A model generated the notes under the pieces. That model was not told the origin of the DNA and did not search any database. It saw nothing but the letters and a program-made list of their open reading frames with translations. From assembly GCA_033763905.1 (NCBI GenBank), contig JANRJP010000028.1:1-56438 (forward strand): a DNA stretch of 56,438 nt. Direction: 5' to 3'. This DNA is from Gemmatimonadaceae bacterium (GTDB lineage Bacteria > Gemmatimonadota > Gemmatimonadetes > Gemmatimonadales > Gemmatimonadaceae). Shown piece by piece: positions 18,807-28,786 of the stretch. Position 1 is the first letter of the stretch. Each line of letters opens with the position of its first letter. The position numbers and the translations under genes were made by a program.

Positions 18807-20426
18807 ATGCGCTTCCCGCCTGCCGCTCCTCTGCTGACGGCTGCCGCGATTGTCGCGGCGGCCTGCACGCCCGCCAACGCTACGCCAGCGCCGCCGCCGG
18901 TGACGGCGGATTCCTCGCAGGCGGAGACGCCGACGTTGGTCGTCTTCTTGACGATCGACCAGCTGCGCACGGACTACTTCACCCGATTCGGCGCGCAGCT
19001 GACCGGCGGGCTCAAGCGCTTGAGCGCCGACGGGGCGTTCTACGTCAACGGCGTACACGATCACGCCATCACCGAGACCGCGCCCGGCCACGCGGCCACG
19101 ATGAGCGGGCGTTTCCCGGTGCATACCGGCATCATTATGAATTCCCAGGGCGTCAACGGCCCCGAGACGTCGCTGATCGATGCGCGCGGCGTGGGCGCCT
19201 CGCCGGACCGCTTCATCGGCACGACGCTGACCGACTGGATGATCAAGGCGAACCGACGGACCAAGGTGCTGTCGGTCTCGCGCAAGGATCGCGGCGCGAT
19301 TCTGCCGATCGGCAAGTCGCGGCAGCCGGTGTTCTGGTTCGCCGACGGCAAGTTCACCACCAGTACGTACTACGAACGGGAGTTGCCGTACTGGGTCCGT
19401 CGGTTCAACGAACGTCGACTTCCCGAGCGCACGGCCGATCAGATCTGGGATCTGCTGCTGCCGCCCAGCGAGTATCCGGAGCGCGATGACGTCGAGCAGG
19501 AGAACCGCGGGCAGAACTACACGATGCCGAAGCAGGCGCCGGAGGATTCCGCGTCCGCCGCGCGCGTGTTGCCGGCCTTTCCGTGGATGGACGAAATCAC
19601 GCTCGCGTTCGCGCTCGAGGGCGTGAGCGCACTCGACATCGGCAAGGACGAACATCCGGACGTGCTGGCGGTCTCGCTGAGCACGCTGGATGCGGTGGGC
19701 CACGCGTACGGCCCGGACTCGCGCGAGGTCCACGATATGTTCCTGCGCGTGGACCGGATGCTCGGCACGTTTATGGACTCGCTGGCACGGCTACGTCCCA
19801 ACGCCCGCATCGTGTACGCGCTCACCGGTGATCACGGCGTGGCGCCGCTCATCGGCGTCAAGAGTGCCGATCCGAACCAGGCGGCCACGTTCGTCGACTT
19901 GCGACCGGCCATTCAGGCGGTGCGCACCGCGGTCGCCGAGGCCAAGATCGATTCGACGGCGTGGGGTGTGGACGACGGCGCGCTGGTCTGGGAGGCCGCC
20001 GTGTTCAAGAAGCGCCGAGCCGACGTTGAACGCATCACCGACATCTATCTCACAGCGGCGCGGATGACGCCCGGCATTTTGCGCGCCGATCGGCTGCAGG
20101 ACCTCGCCAAGGCGGACACCGTGCAGGATTATGTCGCGCGGCGTTGGCTGCATATGTTCGACCCCACGCGCTCGACGGTCACCGCGATCGCGACGATGAC
20201 GCCCTACTCCTACTGGCGTGGCGTCACCTACGCGACGCACGGCACGCCGCACGACTACGATGCACGCGTCCCGGTGATCTTCTACGGCGCCGGCGTCGCA
20301 CCCGGACGCCGCACCGAGCCGGCGCGCGTGGTCGATATGGCGCCGACGCTTGCCCGCATCCTGCGCGTATCGCCGCTGGAGCCGCTCGACGGCGTGCCGT
20401 TGCGTTCGGCGCTCGCCGCGCCCTGA
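18807..20426 (+). CDS. Alkaline phosphatase superfamily lipoprotein (PafA-like)
   Basis: Lipobox AAAC; IDQLR, TETAPGHA (Thr nucleophile), SRKDRGAI, DAVGH, TGDHG, THG. Confidence 0.88.
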   Translation: MRFPPAAPLLTAAAIVAAACTPANATPAPPPVTADSSQAETPTLVVFLTIDQLRTDYFTRFGAQLTGGLKRLSADGAFYVNGVHDHAITETAPGHAATMSGRFPVHTGIIMNSQGVNGPETSLIDARGVGASPDRFIGTTLTDWMIKANRRTKVLSVSRKDRGAILPIGKSRQPVFWFADGKFTTSTYYERELPYWVRRFNERRLPERTADQIWDLLLPPSEYPERDDVEQENRGQNYTMPKQAPEDSASAARVLPAFPWMDEITLAFALEGVSALDIGKDEHPDVLAVSLSTLDAVGHAYGPDSREVHDMFLRVDRMLGTFMDSLARLRPNARIVYALTGDHGVAPLIGVKSADPNQAATFVDLRPAIQAVRTAVAEAKIDSTAWGVDDGALVWEAAVFKKRRADVERITDIYLTAARMTPGILRADRLQDLAKADTVQDYVARRWLHMFDPTRSTVTAIATMTPYSYWRGVTYATHGTPHDYDARVPVIFYGAGVAPGRRTEPARVVDMAPTLARILRVSPLEPLDGVPLRSALAAP

Positions 20427-20428
20427 TC

Positions 20429-21043
20429 GTGCGTCGCCCGGAGCAATCGACATCGGCGCCGGGCGGACCGTTGCGCGCGCTCGACGAAGCGCGCTTCGGC
20501 GCGACAGGCATCCTCGATCTGCATCCGTTGCGCCCCAGTGCTGCGCGGGCGGCGGCACGCGTGATGTCGTGGGTTCGCGAGCGCCAACTGCTCGGACTTC
20601 GCGAAGCGCTGATCATCACCGGGCGCGGCAATCACTCGACCGACGGCGTCTCGCCCGTCCGCGAGGCAACGCGTGGCGTGTTTCCTCGACTGATGCGCGA
20701 AGGCGTGATCGCGCACGTCGAGGCCCACACCGAAGGCAGCTTCATCGTGCAGTTGGCCCCCGTGGGCCAGCGGATCGATGCGCACGCGCGCCGGCGGGAT
20801 CCACAGCCGCCCAAACCGCCCGCGCTCCCGGCGCTGGAGGGTCTATCGAACGACACGCTGGAAGTGCTGGAGGCGTACGCGGCGCGTCGGCTCGAACTGC
20901 TCGGCGTCACGGCACCGACCTCGGGACAAGTGATTCAGGAAATGGGCCACGTGTTCTCGCGGTTGGTCGGCACGCACGGCGCCTCGGAATCCGCGTTGCG
21001 GTCGGCGCTCGACCTTGCCGCCCGGGATCTCGACGGCCTCTAG
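20429..21043 (+). CDS. Smr/MutS2-domain protein
   Basis: LDLH and IITGRGNHS motifs, GSFIVQL. Confidence 0.8.
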   Translation: MRRPEQSTSAPGGPLRALDEARFGATGILDLHPLRPSAARAAARVMSWVRERQLLGLREALIITGRGNHSTDGVSPVREATRGVFPRLMREGVIAHVEAHTEGSFIVQLAPVGQRIDAHARRRDPQPPKPPALPALEGLSNDTLEVLEAYAARRLELLGVTAPTSGQVIQEMGHVFSRLVGTHGASESALRSALDLAARDLDGL

Positions 21044-21110
21044 GACACTGGCGGCGATTGGCCCCACGGCGATGGCTCGTCGTGGCAGGTGGCTCCCTTA
21101 GCTTTCGGGT

Positions 21111-22256
21111 ATGGCGCTCTCGCTTGAGGAACGGCAACGCTACGCGCGACAGCTCTCACTGCCCGGGGTCGGTGCCGAGGGACAGGAGCAGCTCGCGGCG
21201 GCCCGCGTGCTGGTCATTGGCGCTGGCGGGCTCGGGTCGCCGGTGGCGATGTATCTCGCCGCGGCGGGCGTGGGCACGCTCGGGATCGTCGACTTCGACA
21301 CCGTCGATCGGTCGAACCTTCACCGGCAGCTGCTGCACGGCACTACCGATGTCGGCCGACCCAAGGTCGAGAGTGCGGTCGATGCGCTGCACGAGATCAA
21401 TCCCCACGTGCAGGTTCACGCGCACCGTGCGCAGCTCACGAGTGCGAACGCGCTGTCGTTGCTCGGCGACTACGACGTCGTCGTCGATGGCAGCGACAAC
21501 TTCCCGACTCGCTATCTCGTGAACGATGCCTGCGGCCTGCTCGGCCGCACGCTGGTCTATGGCAGCGTGCAGCGGTTCGAGGGGCAGGCGTCGGTGTTCG
21601 GTGGTGATGGCCCGTGCTACCGCTGCCTCTTCCGTGAGCCGCCGCCCCCGGGACTGGTGCCCAGTTGTGCCGAGGCGGGCGTATTCGGCGTGATGCCGGG
21701 GCTGATCGGGCTCGTGCAGGCGACCGAGACGATCAAGCTGATCGTGGGACTCGGCACGTCGCTGCGGGGCCGGTTGATGTTGTGGGACGTGCTGACGATG
21801 CGGCAGCGCATCATCGAGCTCCGGCGCGATCCGCAGTGCCCGCTGTGCGGGACGCGGGAGATCACCGGGCTGATCGACTACGACGCGTTCTGCGGGGTGA
21901 CGCCGCCCCCGCCCGCGGGAGCGGCCAGCGCCGGTGGCATCGCCCGGGTCTCGCCGACGGAACTGGCGTCGTGGTACGGCACAGGACGCGAGTTCACCGT
22001 GATCGATGTGCGCGAACCGTGGGAGTACGACCTCGCGCGCCTGCCCGGGTCGACCTTGGTCCCCTTGGGACAGATCGCGCAGGCGGCGTCGTCGCTGCCG
22101 CGCGACCGCGACCTGGTGCTGCTGTGCCATCACGGTGTCCGCAGTCTGTCGGCCGCGCAGCTCCTGGCGACGCGCGGCTTCACGCGGCTCTTCAACGTCA
22201 CGGGCGGCATCGACCGGTGGAGTACGACCGTCGATGCGGCGGTTCCGCGTTACTGA
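21111..22256 (+). CDS. moeB: Molybdopterin-synthase adenylyltransferase with rhodanese domain (MoeB/MoeZ)
   Basis: RYARQ, IGAGGLG, SNLHRQ, DGSDNF, CYRC...CPLC, C-terminal rhodanese CHHGVRS. Confidence 0.93.
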   Translation: MALSLEERQRYARQLSLPGVGAEGQEQLAAARVLVIGAGGLGSPVAMYLAAAGVGTLGIVDFDTVDRSNLHRQLLHGTTDVGRPKVESAVDALHEINPHVQVHAHRAQLTSANALSLLGDYDVVVDGSDNFPTRYLVNDACGLLGRTLVYGSVQRFEGQASVFGGDGPCYRCLFREPPPPGLVPSCAEAGVFGVMPGLIGLVQATETIKLIVGLGTSLRGRLMLWDVLTMRQRIIELRRDPQCPLCGTREITGLIDYDAFCGVTPPPPAGAASAGGIARVSPTELASWYGTGREFTVIDVREPWEYDLARLPGSTLVPLGQIAQAASSLPRDRDLVLLCHHGVRSLSAAQLLATRGFTRLFNVTGGIDRWSTTVDAAVPRY

Positions 22257-22257
22257 C

Positions 22258-23217
22258 GTGCAGATACCCTGGATTCCGATCCTGATCGTCGTGGCGAGCG
22301 TTGGCGCAGCGGTCGCGATGCTGGCGTGGCGGGAACGGAACCGGCGGGTGGTCCTGCGGCGCGTGCTTGCGCGGCGACCCGTCGGCGCTGACGGCGTGAT
22401 TCCCGGGGCGCATTCCATCTCGATCCCGGGCGGGGTCGCGCGTGGCGCCTTGGTGCTGCACGGGTTCGGCGACACGCCGCAGAGTGTCCGGGGACTCTGC
22501 GACGCACTCGCGCGCGCGGGCTTTGGGGTGGAGGCGCCCCTCTTGCCCGGTCACGGCCGCACCTTGATGGCCTTCGATCGCGCGACGGAGCAGCAATGGC
22601 TGATCGAAGCCCGCGCGGCGTGGCTGGCCCTGCGGTCCCGCTACGGGACGTGCGTGCTGGCGGGGCAGTCGATGGGGGGCGCCCTGGCGCTGATTCTGGC
22701 CGCCGAGGACCCGCCGGCGGCGCTCGTGGTGTGCGCACCGTTCGTGGCGTCGACGTCCGGATTCGATCGGGCGGTGCGCTGGTCGTGGCTGTGGGCGCTC
22801 TGGCAGCCCTACGTCGAGACGGCGGATCCGCGCAGTCTGCGCGATCCCGAGGCGCTGGTGCAGTCGCGGGCGTACGGCGCCGCGACGCACCGCAGTCTTC
22901 GGTCGCTGGCTCGGCTCAAGCGGCAGGCGGTGGCGGCGTTGGGCCGGGTGCGCGCACCCACCCTGATGGTCCTCAGCCCGGAGGACAATCGGGTGCCGGC
23001 GGCCGCCGCCGAGGCGGCGTTCGGCGCCTTGGGCAGTGCCGACAAGTCGCTCCAGTGGCGACCAGGCGAAGGGCACGTCCTGTTGGCGGATCGCGGACGC
23101 GAGGCGGTCGCGGCGGCGGCGGTGGACTGGTTCACCCGCTGGGCAGGGGGCGGAAAAAACCGGGGCCAAATGGCGGCGGGCACTTCGCCCAGCGGACCGG
23201 TGCGGCTAACGTCATAG
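22258..23217 (+). CDS. Alpha/beta hydrolase (carboxylesterase-like), N-terminal TM anchor
   Basis: LHGF, LPGHG, GQSMGG nucleophile elbow, EDNRV, GH. Confidence 0.85.
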   Translation: MQIPWIPILIVVASVGAAVAMLAWRERNRRVVLRRVLARRPVGADGVIPGAHSISIPGGVARGALVLHGFGDTPQSVRGLCDALARAGFGVEAPLLPGHGRTLMAFDRATEQQWLIEARAAWLALRSRYGTCVLAGQSMGGALALILAAEDPPAALVVCAPFVASTSGFDRAVRWSWLWALWQPYVETADPRSLRDPEALVQSRAYGAATHRSLRSLARLKRQAVAALGRVRAPTLMVLSPEDNRVPAAAAEAAFGALGSADKSLQWRPGEGHVLLADRGREAVAAAAVDWFTRWAGGGKNRGQMAAGTSPSGPVRLTS

Positions 23218-23304
23218 CCGCTTGGGGCTCGCCGCCGGTCCGCGGACGGCACCAGCGCCGTCGCTTCCGCGTTGGACGACACCAGTCCTCCGATCCCGAT
23301 TTCG

Positions 23305-24411
23305 ATGAAGGTCGCCGTACTCAAGGAAACGCAGCCGCGCGAACGTCGCGTGGCATTCGTCCCGGACAGCGTGCAGCGGCTCGCCAAGGCGGGTCACCAC
23401 GTGGTCGTGCAGGCGGGCGCCGGCGTCAGTGCCGGATTTCCCGATGCCGCCTACGTCGCCGCCGGTGCGACGATCGCCCCCGACGCGGCCGCCACGATCG
23501 CGGGCGCCGACGTCGTCACGATGGTGCAGAAGCCCACGCTCGAGCAGGCGGCGCAGCTGCAGTCGAATCAGGTGCTGATCGCGATGCTGGCACCCGCGCA
23601 GAGCGCGGACCTGTTCGCGGCGCTCGCGCAGCGGCAGGTGACGGCGCTCGCCCTCGAAAAAGTGCCGCGCATTACGCGGGCGCAGAGTATGGACGTGCTC
23701 TCGTCGCAAGCGACGGTGGCGGGATACAAGGCGGTGCTGCTAGGCGCGCAGGTGATGCCGCGCCTCCTGCCGATGCTGACCACCGCGGCGGGCAACATCA
23801 CGCCGGCGAAGGCGTTCGTGCTCGGCGCCGGTGTCGCCGGCTTGCAGGCCATTGCGACGGCGCGTCGTCTGGGCGCCGTGGTGAGTGCCTTCGACGTGCG
23901 CGCGGCCGCGCGCGAACAAGTGCAGTCGCTCGGCGCGAAGTTCGTGGCGTCGGAGCTGGTGTCGGCTGGGGCCGAAACGGCGGGCGGCTACGCGAAGGAG
24001 CAGGGGCAGGACGAGCAGGCGCGGACCTTGGCGGCGATCGGCGCTGCGATTCCGGACATGGATCTGGTCATCTCGACGGCGGCGATTCCGGGGCGTCCGG
24101 CGCCGCGGCTGATCACCGAGGCGATGCTCGCCACGATGAAGCCGGGCTCGGTGATCGTGGATGTGGCCGCCGAGACCGGCGGCAACTGCGAGGTGACGAA
24201 GCCCGGCGAGACGATCGAGGTGCACGGCGTGACCGTGATCGGTCCGCTCAATCTGCCGAGCTCGGCACCCTTCCACGCGAGCCAGATGTTCAGCCGCAAC
24301 GTCCTGACGCTCCTGCAGCACCTCGCGCCGAAGGACCAGCCGCTCACGATCGACCTGGCCGACGAAATCACGGGCGCAATGACCGTGGTGCACGCCGGCC
24401 AGACCCGCTGA
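23305..24411 (+). CDS. pntAA: NAD(P) transhydrogenase subunit alpha part 1
   Basis: ERRVA, PRITRAQSMDVLSSQ, GAGVAGLQA, GGYAKE, AETGGNCE. Confidence 0.96.
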   Translation: MKVAVLKETQPRERRVAFVPDSVQRLAKAGHHVVVQAGAGVSAGFPDAAYVAAGATIAPDAAATIAGADVVTMVQKPTLEQAAQLQSNQVLIAMLAPAQSADLFAALAQRQVTALALEKVPRITRAQSMDVLSSQATVAGYKAVLLGAQVMPRLLPMLTTAAGNITPAKAFVLGAGVAGLQAIATARRLGAVVSAFDVRAAAREQVQSLGAKFVASELVSAGAETAGGYAKEQGQDEQARTLAAIGAAIPDMDLVISTAAIPGRPAPRLITEAMLATMKPGSVIVDVAAETGGNCEVTKPGETIEVHGVTVIGPLNLPSSAPFHASQMFSRNVLTLLQHLAPKDQPLTIDLADEITGAMTVVHAGQTR

Positions 24412-24433
24412 CGCCCCGAGACCGGACTCGACG

Positions 24434-24745
24434 ATGACGTTCACCGCCATTCTGCAGTTGTACGTGTTCATTCTTGCCGGCTTCGTCGGCTACAACATCA
24501 TCACGCGCGTACCGCCGCTGCTGCACACGCCGCTGATGTCGGCGACCAACGCGATTTCGGCGATCTCGATCGTCGGCGCACTGGTGGTGGCCGGCGCCGG
24601 GCACGGGGTGCTCAGCGGCATTCTGGGCGGCATTGCGGTGACCTGCGCGACGATCAACGTGGTCGGCGGCTTCATCATCACCGACCGGATGCTCAAGATG
24701 TTCAAGAGCGCGGATGCGCCGGCGAAGTCGGAGGAGTCGAAGTGA
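24434..24745 (+). CDS. pntAB: NAD(P) transhydrogenase subunit alpha part 2
   Basis: LHTPLMSATNAIS, INVVGGFIITDRMLKMF. Confidence 0.96.
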   Translation: MTFTAILQLYVFILAGFVGYNIITRVPPLLHTPLMSATNAISAISIVGALVVAGAGHGVLSGILGGIAVTCATINVVGGFIITDRMLKMFKSADAPAKSEESK

Positions 24746-26184
24746 TGCCCGCGATGTACGCGCTCGTGTCGAGCGTCGCCGAGGCCGAGGCCGGCAGCGG
24801 CTCGCTGACGCGCACGCTGCTGACGCAGGCCAGCTATCTCGCCGCCAGCGTCTTCTTCATGCTGGGCCTCAAGTCGCTGACCAAGCCGGACAGCGCGCGC
24901 AAGGGGATGCAGCAAGCGGCGATCGGTATGCTGCTCGCCATCGTCGGGACGTTGATCGTCGAGCAGATCGTCGAGTATCAGTGGATCATCGGCGGGCTCG
25001 TGCTCGGTACGGTGATCGGCTACCCGCTGGGGACGCGCGTGCCGATGACGGCGATGCCGCAGCGTATCGCGATCTCGCATATGTTCGGCGCCCTCGCGGC
25101 CTCGCTGGTGGGTGTCGCCGAGTATCTGCATCGCGGTGCCGAACTGGATGCCGTCACGATGGGCGCGCTGGGCTTCGAAGTGCTCTTCGGTTCGTTGACG
25201 GTGACCGGCTCGTTCATGGCCTTCGGCAAGCTGCAGGAGTTCCTCCCGGGCCGGCCGGTGACGTTCCCCGGACAGAACGTGCTGAACATCTCGGTGTTCG
25301 CCGCGACGCTTGGCCTGTGGATCTACCTGATCTTCAATCCCGGCGCGTCGTGGGCCTTCTGGACGATGACCGGACTGGCGTTCGTGATCGGCATCTCGAT
25401 GGTGCTCCCGATCGGCGGCGCGGATATGCCGGTGGTGGTCTCGCTGCTCAACTCCTACGCCGGCCTGGCCGCGAGTGCGACCGGCTTCGCGATCGGCAAC
25501 ACCGTGCTGATCATCGCGGGTGCGTTGGACGGTGCGAGCGGCTTCATCCTGTCGATCATCATGTCGAAGGCGATGAACCGGTCGTTCGGCAACGTGATCT
25601 TCGGGGCCTTCGGATCGGCTCCAACCGCGAGCACCAAGACGGCGACGGGGTTGACGGTCAAGAGCATCAGCGCGGAAGACGCCGCGATCCAGCTCGGCTA
25701 CGCGAGCAAGGTGATCGTGGTGCCCGGCTACGGGATGGCGGTCGCGCAGGCACAGCACACGGTGCGCGAGCTGGCCGAGCTGATCGAGAAGAAGGGCGGG
25801 GAAGTGAAGTACGCGATTCACCCCGTCGCCGGCCGGATGCCCGGCCATATGAACGTCCTGCTCGCCGAGGCCAACGTGCCGTACGACAAGATGTACGATA
25901 TGGACGAGATCAACGAGGAGTTCGCCTCGGCGGATGTGGCGCTCGTCATCGGCGCGAACGACGTCGTGAATCCGGCGGCGAAGACCGACAAGAGCTCGCC
26001 CATCTACGGGATGCCGATCCTGAACGTGGATCAGGCGAAGAGCATCATCGTGATGAAGCGCTCGATGAACGCCGGCTTCGCCGGCATCGAGAACGAGCTC
26101 TTCTATGACAGCAAGACCTCGATGCTGTTCGGCGATGCGAAGGGCTCGCTCGTGAAGCTGGTGAGCGAGGTCAAGCAGCTCTAG
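24742..26184 (+). CDS. pntB: NAD(P) transhydrogenase subunit beta
   Basis: IGGADMPVVVSLLNSY, VPGYGMAVAQAQ, HPVAGRMPGHMNVLLAEA, GANDVVNP. Confidence 0.97.
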   Translation: MMPAMYALVSSVAEAEAGSGSLTRTLLTQASYLAASVFFMLGLKSLTKPDSARKGMQQAAIGMLLAIVGTLIVEQIVEYQWIIGGLVLGTVIGYPLGTRVPMTAMPQRIAISHMFGALAASLVGVAEYLHRGAELDAVTMGALGFEVLFGSLTVTGSFMAFGKLQEFLPGRPVTFPGQNVLNISVFAATLGLWIYLIFNPGASWAFWTMTGLAFVIGISMVLPIGGADMPVVVSLLNSYAGLAASATGFAIGNTVLIIAGALDGASGFILSIIMSKAMNRSFGNVIFGAFGSAPTASTKTATGLTVKSISAEDAAIQLGYASKVIVVPGYGMAVAQAQHTVRELAELIEKKGGEVKYAIHPVAGRMPGHMNVLLAEANVPYDKMYDMDEINEEFASADVALVIGANDVVNPAAKTDKSSPIYGMPILNVDQAKSIIVMKRSMNAGFAGIENELFYDSKTSMLFGDAKGSLVKLVSEVKQL

Positions 26185-26201
26185 GCTCGTCGTCGGTCGT
26201 T

Positions 26202-26567
26202 TTAGGTACCGGCGTCAAGAGTGACGGTCAGCCGGATCGGCTGACCGTGCGCGCGCGTATTGAGCAGGCGCTGGGACGCTGAGGACAACAGCGTGTCTTC
26301 GCCGCAGGCACCGAGCGGCACACGCTCGCCAGCGACATCTGCCTCGACTCGGCACGTCGCGGCGCCGACGACGCGCAGCGTCGAAAGGCCAACGGCGGGC
26401 CGGTTCGCCGCGGAGCGCGCGGTCTCAGAGACGAACGTTGGGGCCGGGACGATCTGGACGCTGACCTCTACGGCGCCACTGGATTGTGCCGTAGCGGGTG
26501 TGGCTGCGAGCGAGCACGCGATGGCCACCGTGGCGAGGGTTCGACCGTTGAGAAGCATCCGGCGCAT
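26202..26567 (-). CDS. Small secreted hypothetical protein, divergent from pilus operon 1
   Basis: Signal peptide ending ATA|Q; beta-rich (VEVSVQIV, IRLTVTLD). Confidence 0.55.
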   Translation of the reverse strand: MRRMLLNGRTLATVAIACSLAATPATAQSSGAVEVSVQIVPAPTFVSETARSAANRPAVGLSTLRVVGAATCRVEADVAGERVPLGACGEDTLLSSASQRLLNTRAHGQPIRLTVTLDAGT

Positions 26568-26694
26568 ACGGCGAGCGTCGGCCCCGCCAGAAACCGTCTA
26601 CATTTTGTACACGGCGGCGAACATCACATTGTGTGCGCCACAACCTGCGGGCAAATCGTCGCGTGGAGTCAGCGACTCGGCCGACAGTGATTCT

Positions 26695-26915
26695 GTTACG
26701 CTGGTGGCGAAAAGGTCACGGACAAATCGCCTGTCACGTTCTCAGTGTCACGTGGAAGGCGCCGACCGACCGAATCCCCGGGATTCCACAGCCTCGGCGC
26801 AGACTTCGGCGGTGAATCGACCCGTCTAAGTCTCTCACAGACAGTGACTTACGGCGTTACCGACAGGCAACTCTCACGTCACGCGACGTGTGATATACAG
26901 CGCTCTCACGTGACA
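26695..26915. promoter_or_regulatory. Cluster of GTCACG-like repeats upstream of pilus operon 1
   Basis: GTTACG 26695; GTCACG 26715, 26733, 26747, 26878; CTCACG 26873, 26905; CGTGAC 26909. Confidence 0.5.
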
Positions 26916-26986
26916 AGCAGTTCGATAAGCGCGACGCAAACGGGGTCCACTGACCAACAAGCGCACACCGCCCAACATCACAACGC

Positions 26987-27002
26987 TGGCACAGGACTTC
27001 CA
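26987..27002 (+). promoter_or_regulatory. Putative sigma54 -24/-12 promoter
   Basis: TGGCAC-AGGAC-TTCCA versus consensus TGGCAC-N5-TTGCW (one mismatch). Confidence 0.5.
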
Positions 27003-27080
27003 TAGAGGGAAGCCGAGCACCAACGCTGCAGGTGCTCGCTCGACTTTGGATTGCAGCTTCGTTCCTTGGGGGAACACGCA

Positions 27081-27611
27081 ATGAACCGCTCGATCAAGCT
27101 TTCGCTCGCTACGCTCGCGCTCGTCGTCACCGCCGGCACGGCCCAGGCGCAGTCCGGCAACGTGACGGCCGAAGCCACGGTGCTCTCGCCGCTGACGCTG
27201 ACGCCGATCCGTACCCTCCAGTTCGGCAACACCTTCCCGGGCGTGCTCAAGACCGTCGCGGCCACGGACGCTGCCAACTCCGGCGCGATCCAGGTCATCG
27301 GCTCTGGCACCTCGGAAGTGGCGGTGAGCGCGCCGTCGATGACGGTGACGTTGGCCTGCGTTGGTACCTGCACGGGCGGCGTCGCGACGCCGATCACCCT
27401 GAACGTCTCGGCCTCGGCGCTGGCCGGCGGCATTGATGCGACGCCGGGCAACTCGACGGCCTTCACCCTCGGGACCGCGGGCGCGAACCGCAACCTCGTG
27501 GGTGGCAACCTGTTCGTGCTGATCGGTGGCTCGCTGACGCCGGCGTCGAACCAGGCCGCCGGCCTGTATCGCGGCACGGTGCAGATCAACGCCGCCTACA
27601 CGGGTCTCTGA
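27081..27611 (+). CDS. Putative major pilin (DUF4402-like), operon 1
   Basis: Signal peptide AQA|Q; LQFG motif; IGGSL...GLYRGTVQINAAY terminal strand; strongly C/G-ending codons. Confidence 0.75.
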   Translation: MNRSIKLSLATLALVVTAGTAQAQSGNVTAEATVLSPLTLTPIRTLQFGNTFPGVLKTVAATDAANSGAIQVIGSGTSEVAVSAPSMTVTLACVGTCTGGVATPITLNVSASALAGGIDATPGNSTAFTLGTAGANRNLVGGNLFVLIGGSLTPASNQAAGLYRGTVQINAAYTGL

Positions 27612-27742
27612 GGCGACGAGCACCGCGGCGCCCTCCGCGCCGTCGGGCTCCTCCTCGACGTCCTGTGACGATGTACGGATTGTCCGTGCATTCCCCCACG
27701 CGCACTTCGCGTCGCTCGACTGGGCGCGGAGTGCGTGAGGGG

Positions 27743-28261
27743 ATGTCGCGTGTCGCGCGCTGGCTCGTGGCCCTTGGCCTCGTGCTCTTGCCATCGCGCG
27801 CGATGGCTCAGCTGGGCAACATCACGGCTGAGACGACCGTCCTGCAGCCCCTGCAAGTCTCCGGCATCTGGTCGCTGGAGTTCGGCACGGTCCCGCGCAA
27901 CCGCGTGACGACCATCGCGCCGACCAACATCTTCTCTGGCGCGTTCAGTGTCACCGGCCAGACCGGTGCGCAGATCGCGATCAGCTTCACGCTGCCGACC
28001 ACACTCGTACGCGTGGGCGGGACCCAGACGATGCCGATCAATACCTACACCGGTTGCGTTGCGGCGACGTATCCGGTCGGCACCAATCCCTGCACGACGT
28101 TCACGCCATCCGCGGCGCCCACGAACGCTACCTTGGTCGGGGGCGTACGTTGGTTCTACATCGGCGCCCGCGTCGACACGCGTGGGCTCAACGCGGCGCA
28201 GCTGCCCAACGGGTCATACCGTAGCTTCATCGTGATGACCGCTGCCTACACCGGGAACTGA
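27743..28261 (+). CDS. Putative minor pilin (DUF4402-like)
   Basis: Paralog of 27081: NITAETTVLQPL, LEFG, YIGARV, GSY...AAYTGN. Confidence 0.75.
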   Translation: MSRVARWLVALGLVLLPSRAMAQLGNITAETTVLQPLQVSGIWSLEFGTVPRNRVTTIAPTNIFSGAFSVTGQTGAQIAISFTLPTTLVRVGGTQTMPINTYTGCVAATYPVGTNPCTTFTPSAAPTNATLVGGVRWFYIGARVDTRGLNAAQLPNGSYRSFIVMTAAYTGN

Positions 28262-28785
28262 TGACGATGCGTCCCGTGATTCGACTCGCTCCGCTCGCGA
28301 TGCTCGCACTCAGTCTGTTGGGCCTCGCGCCGTCAGTGCTCGAGGCGCAAACGGCGCAGATCACGGCGCAGGCGGGTGTTGGGGCTCAGGTCGCGGTCAC
28401 CGGGCAGCAGAATCTCACATTCGGCGCCGGATTGTTTCCCGGCGTGGCGCGAACGATCAGCCCGCGGCTGTCGGCAACCGCTGCACGGTTTTTCCTGAGT
28501 GGTGCGGGGGGTGACGAAGTCAACATCACCGTCAACGCACCCTCGCAGTTGACCGGGCCGGGACCCGGCCTGCTGATCGATACTTGGCGCTACTGCTGGG
28601 CCAACACGAATGCGCAGGCGGGCTGCACCGAAGCGGCGTTCACGACGCTCCCCCTCGTCCGCTTCCTCGCCGCGAATGGCGAGATGTACGTCTGGGTCGG
28701 TGCCACCGCGCGTCCGACCGCGTCGCAACTGGCGGGGACGTACACCGGCAACATCGAGCTCGTTGCCGCCTACACCGGCAACTGA
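28261..28785 (+). CDS. Putative minor pilin (DUF4402-like)
   Basis: Signal peptide; LTFG, WVGATA, GTYTGNIELVAAYTGN. Confidence 0.75.
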   Translation: MTMRPVIRLAPLAMLALSLLGLAPSVLEAQTAQITAQAGVGAQVAVTGQQNLTFGAGLFPGVARTISPRLSATAARFFLSGAGGDEVNITVNAPSQLTGPGPGLLIDTWRYCWANTNAQAGCTEAAFTTLPLVRFLAANGEMYVWVGATARPTASQLAGTYTGNIELVAAYTGN

Positions 28786-28786
28786 G

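Noticed and set aside
26910..26975. Possible c-di-GMP-I riboswitch (GACGCAAA) before pilus operon 1
   Set aside because: No GGCAAAC/GNRA stem or convincing second stem, and it lies upstream of the putative promoter; an Infernal search would settle it.
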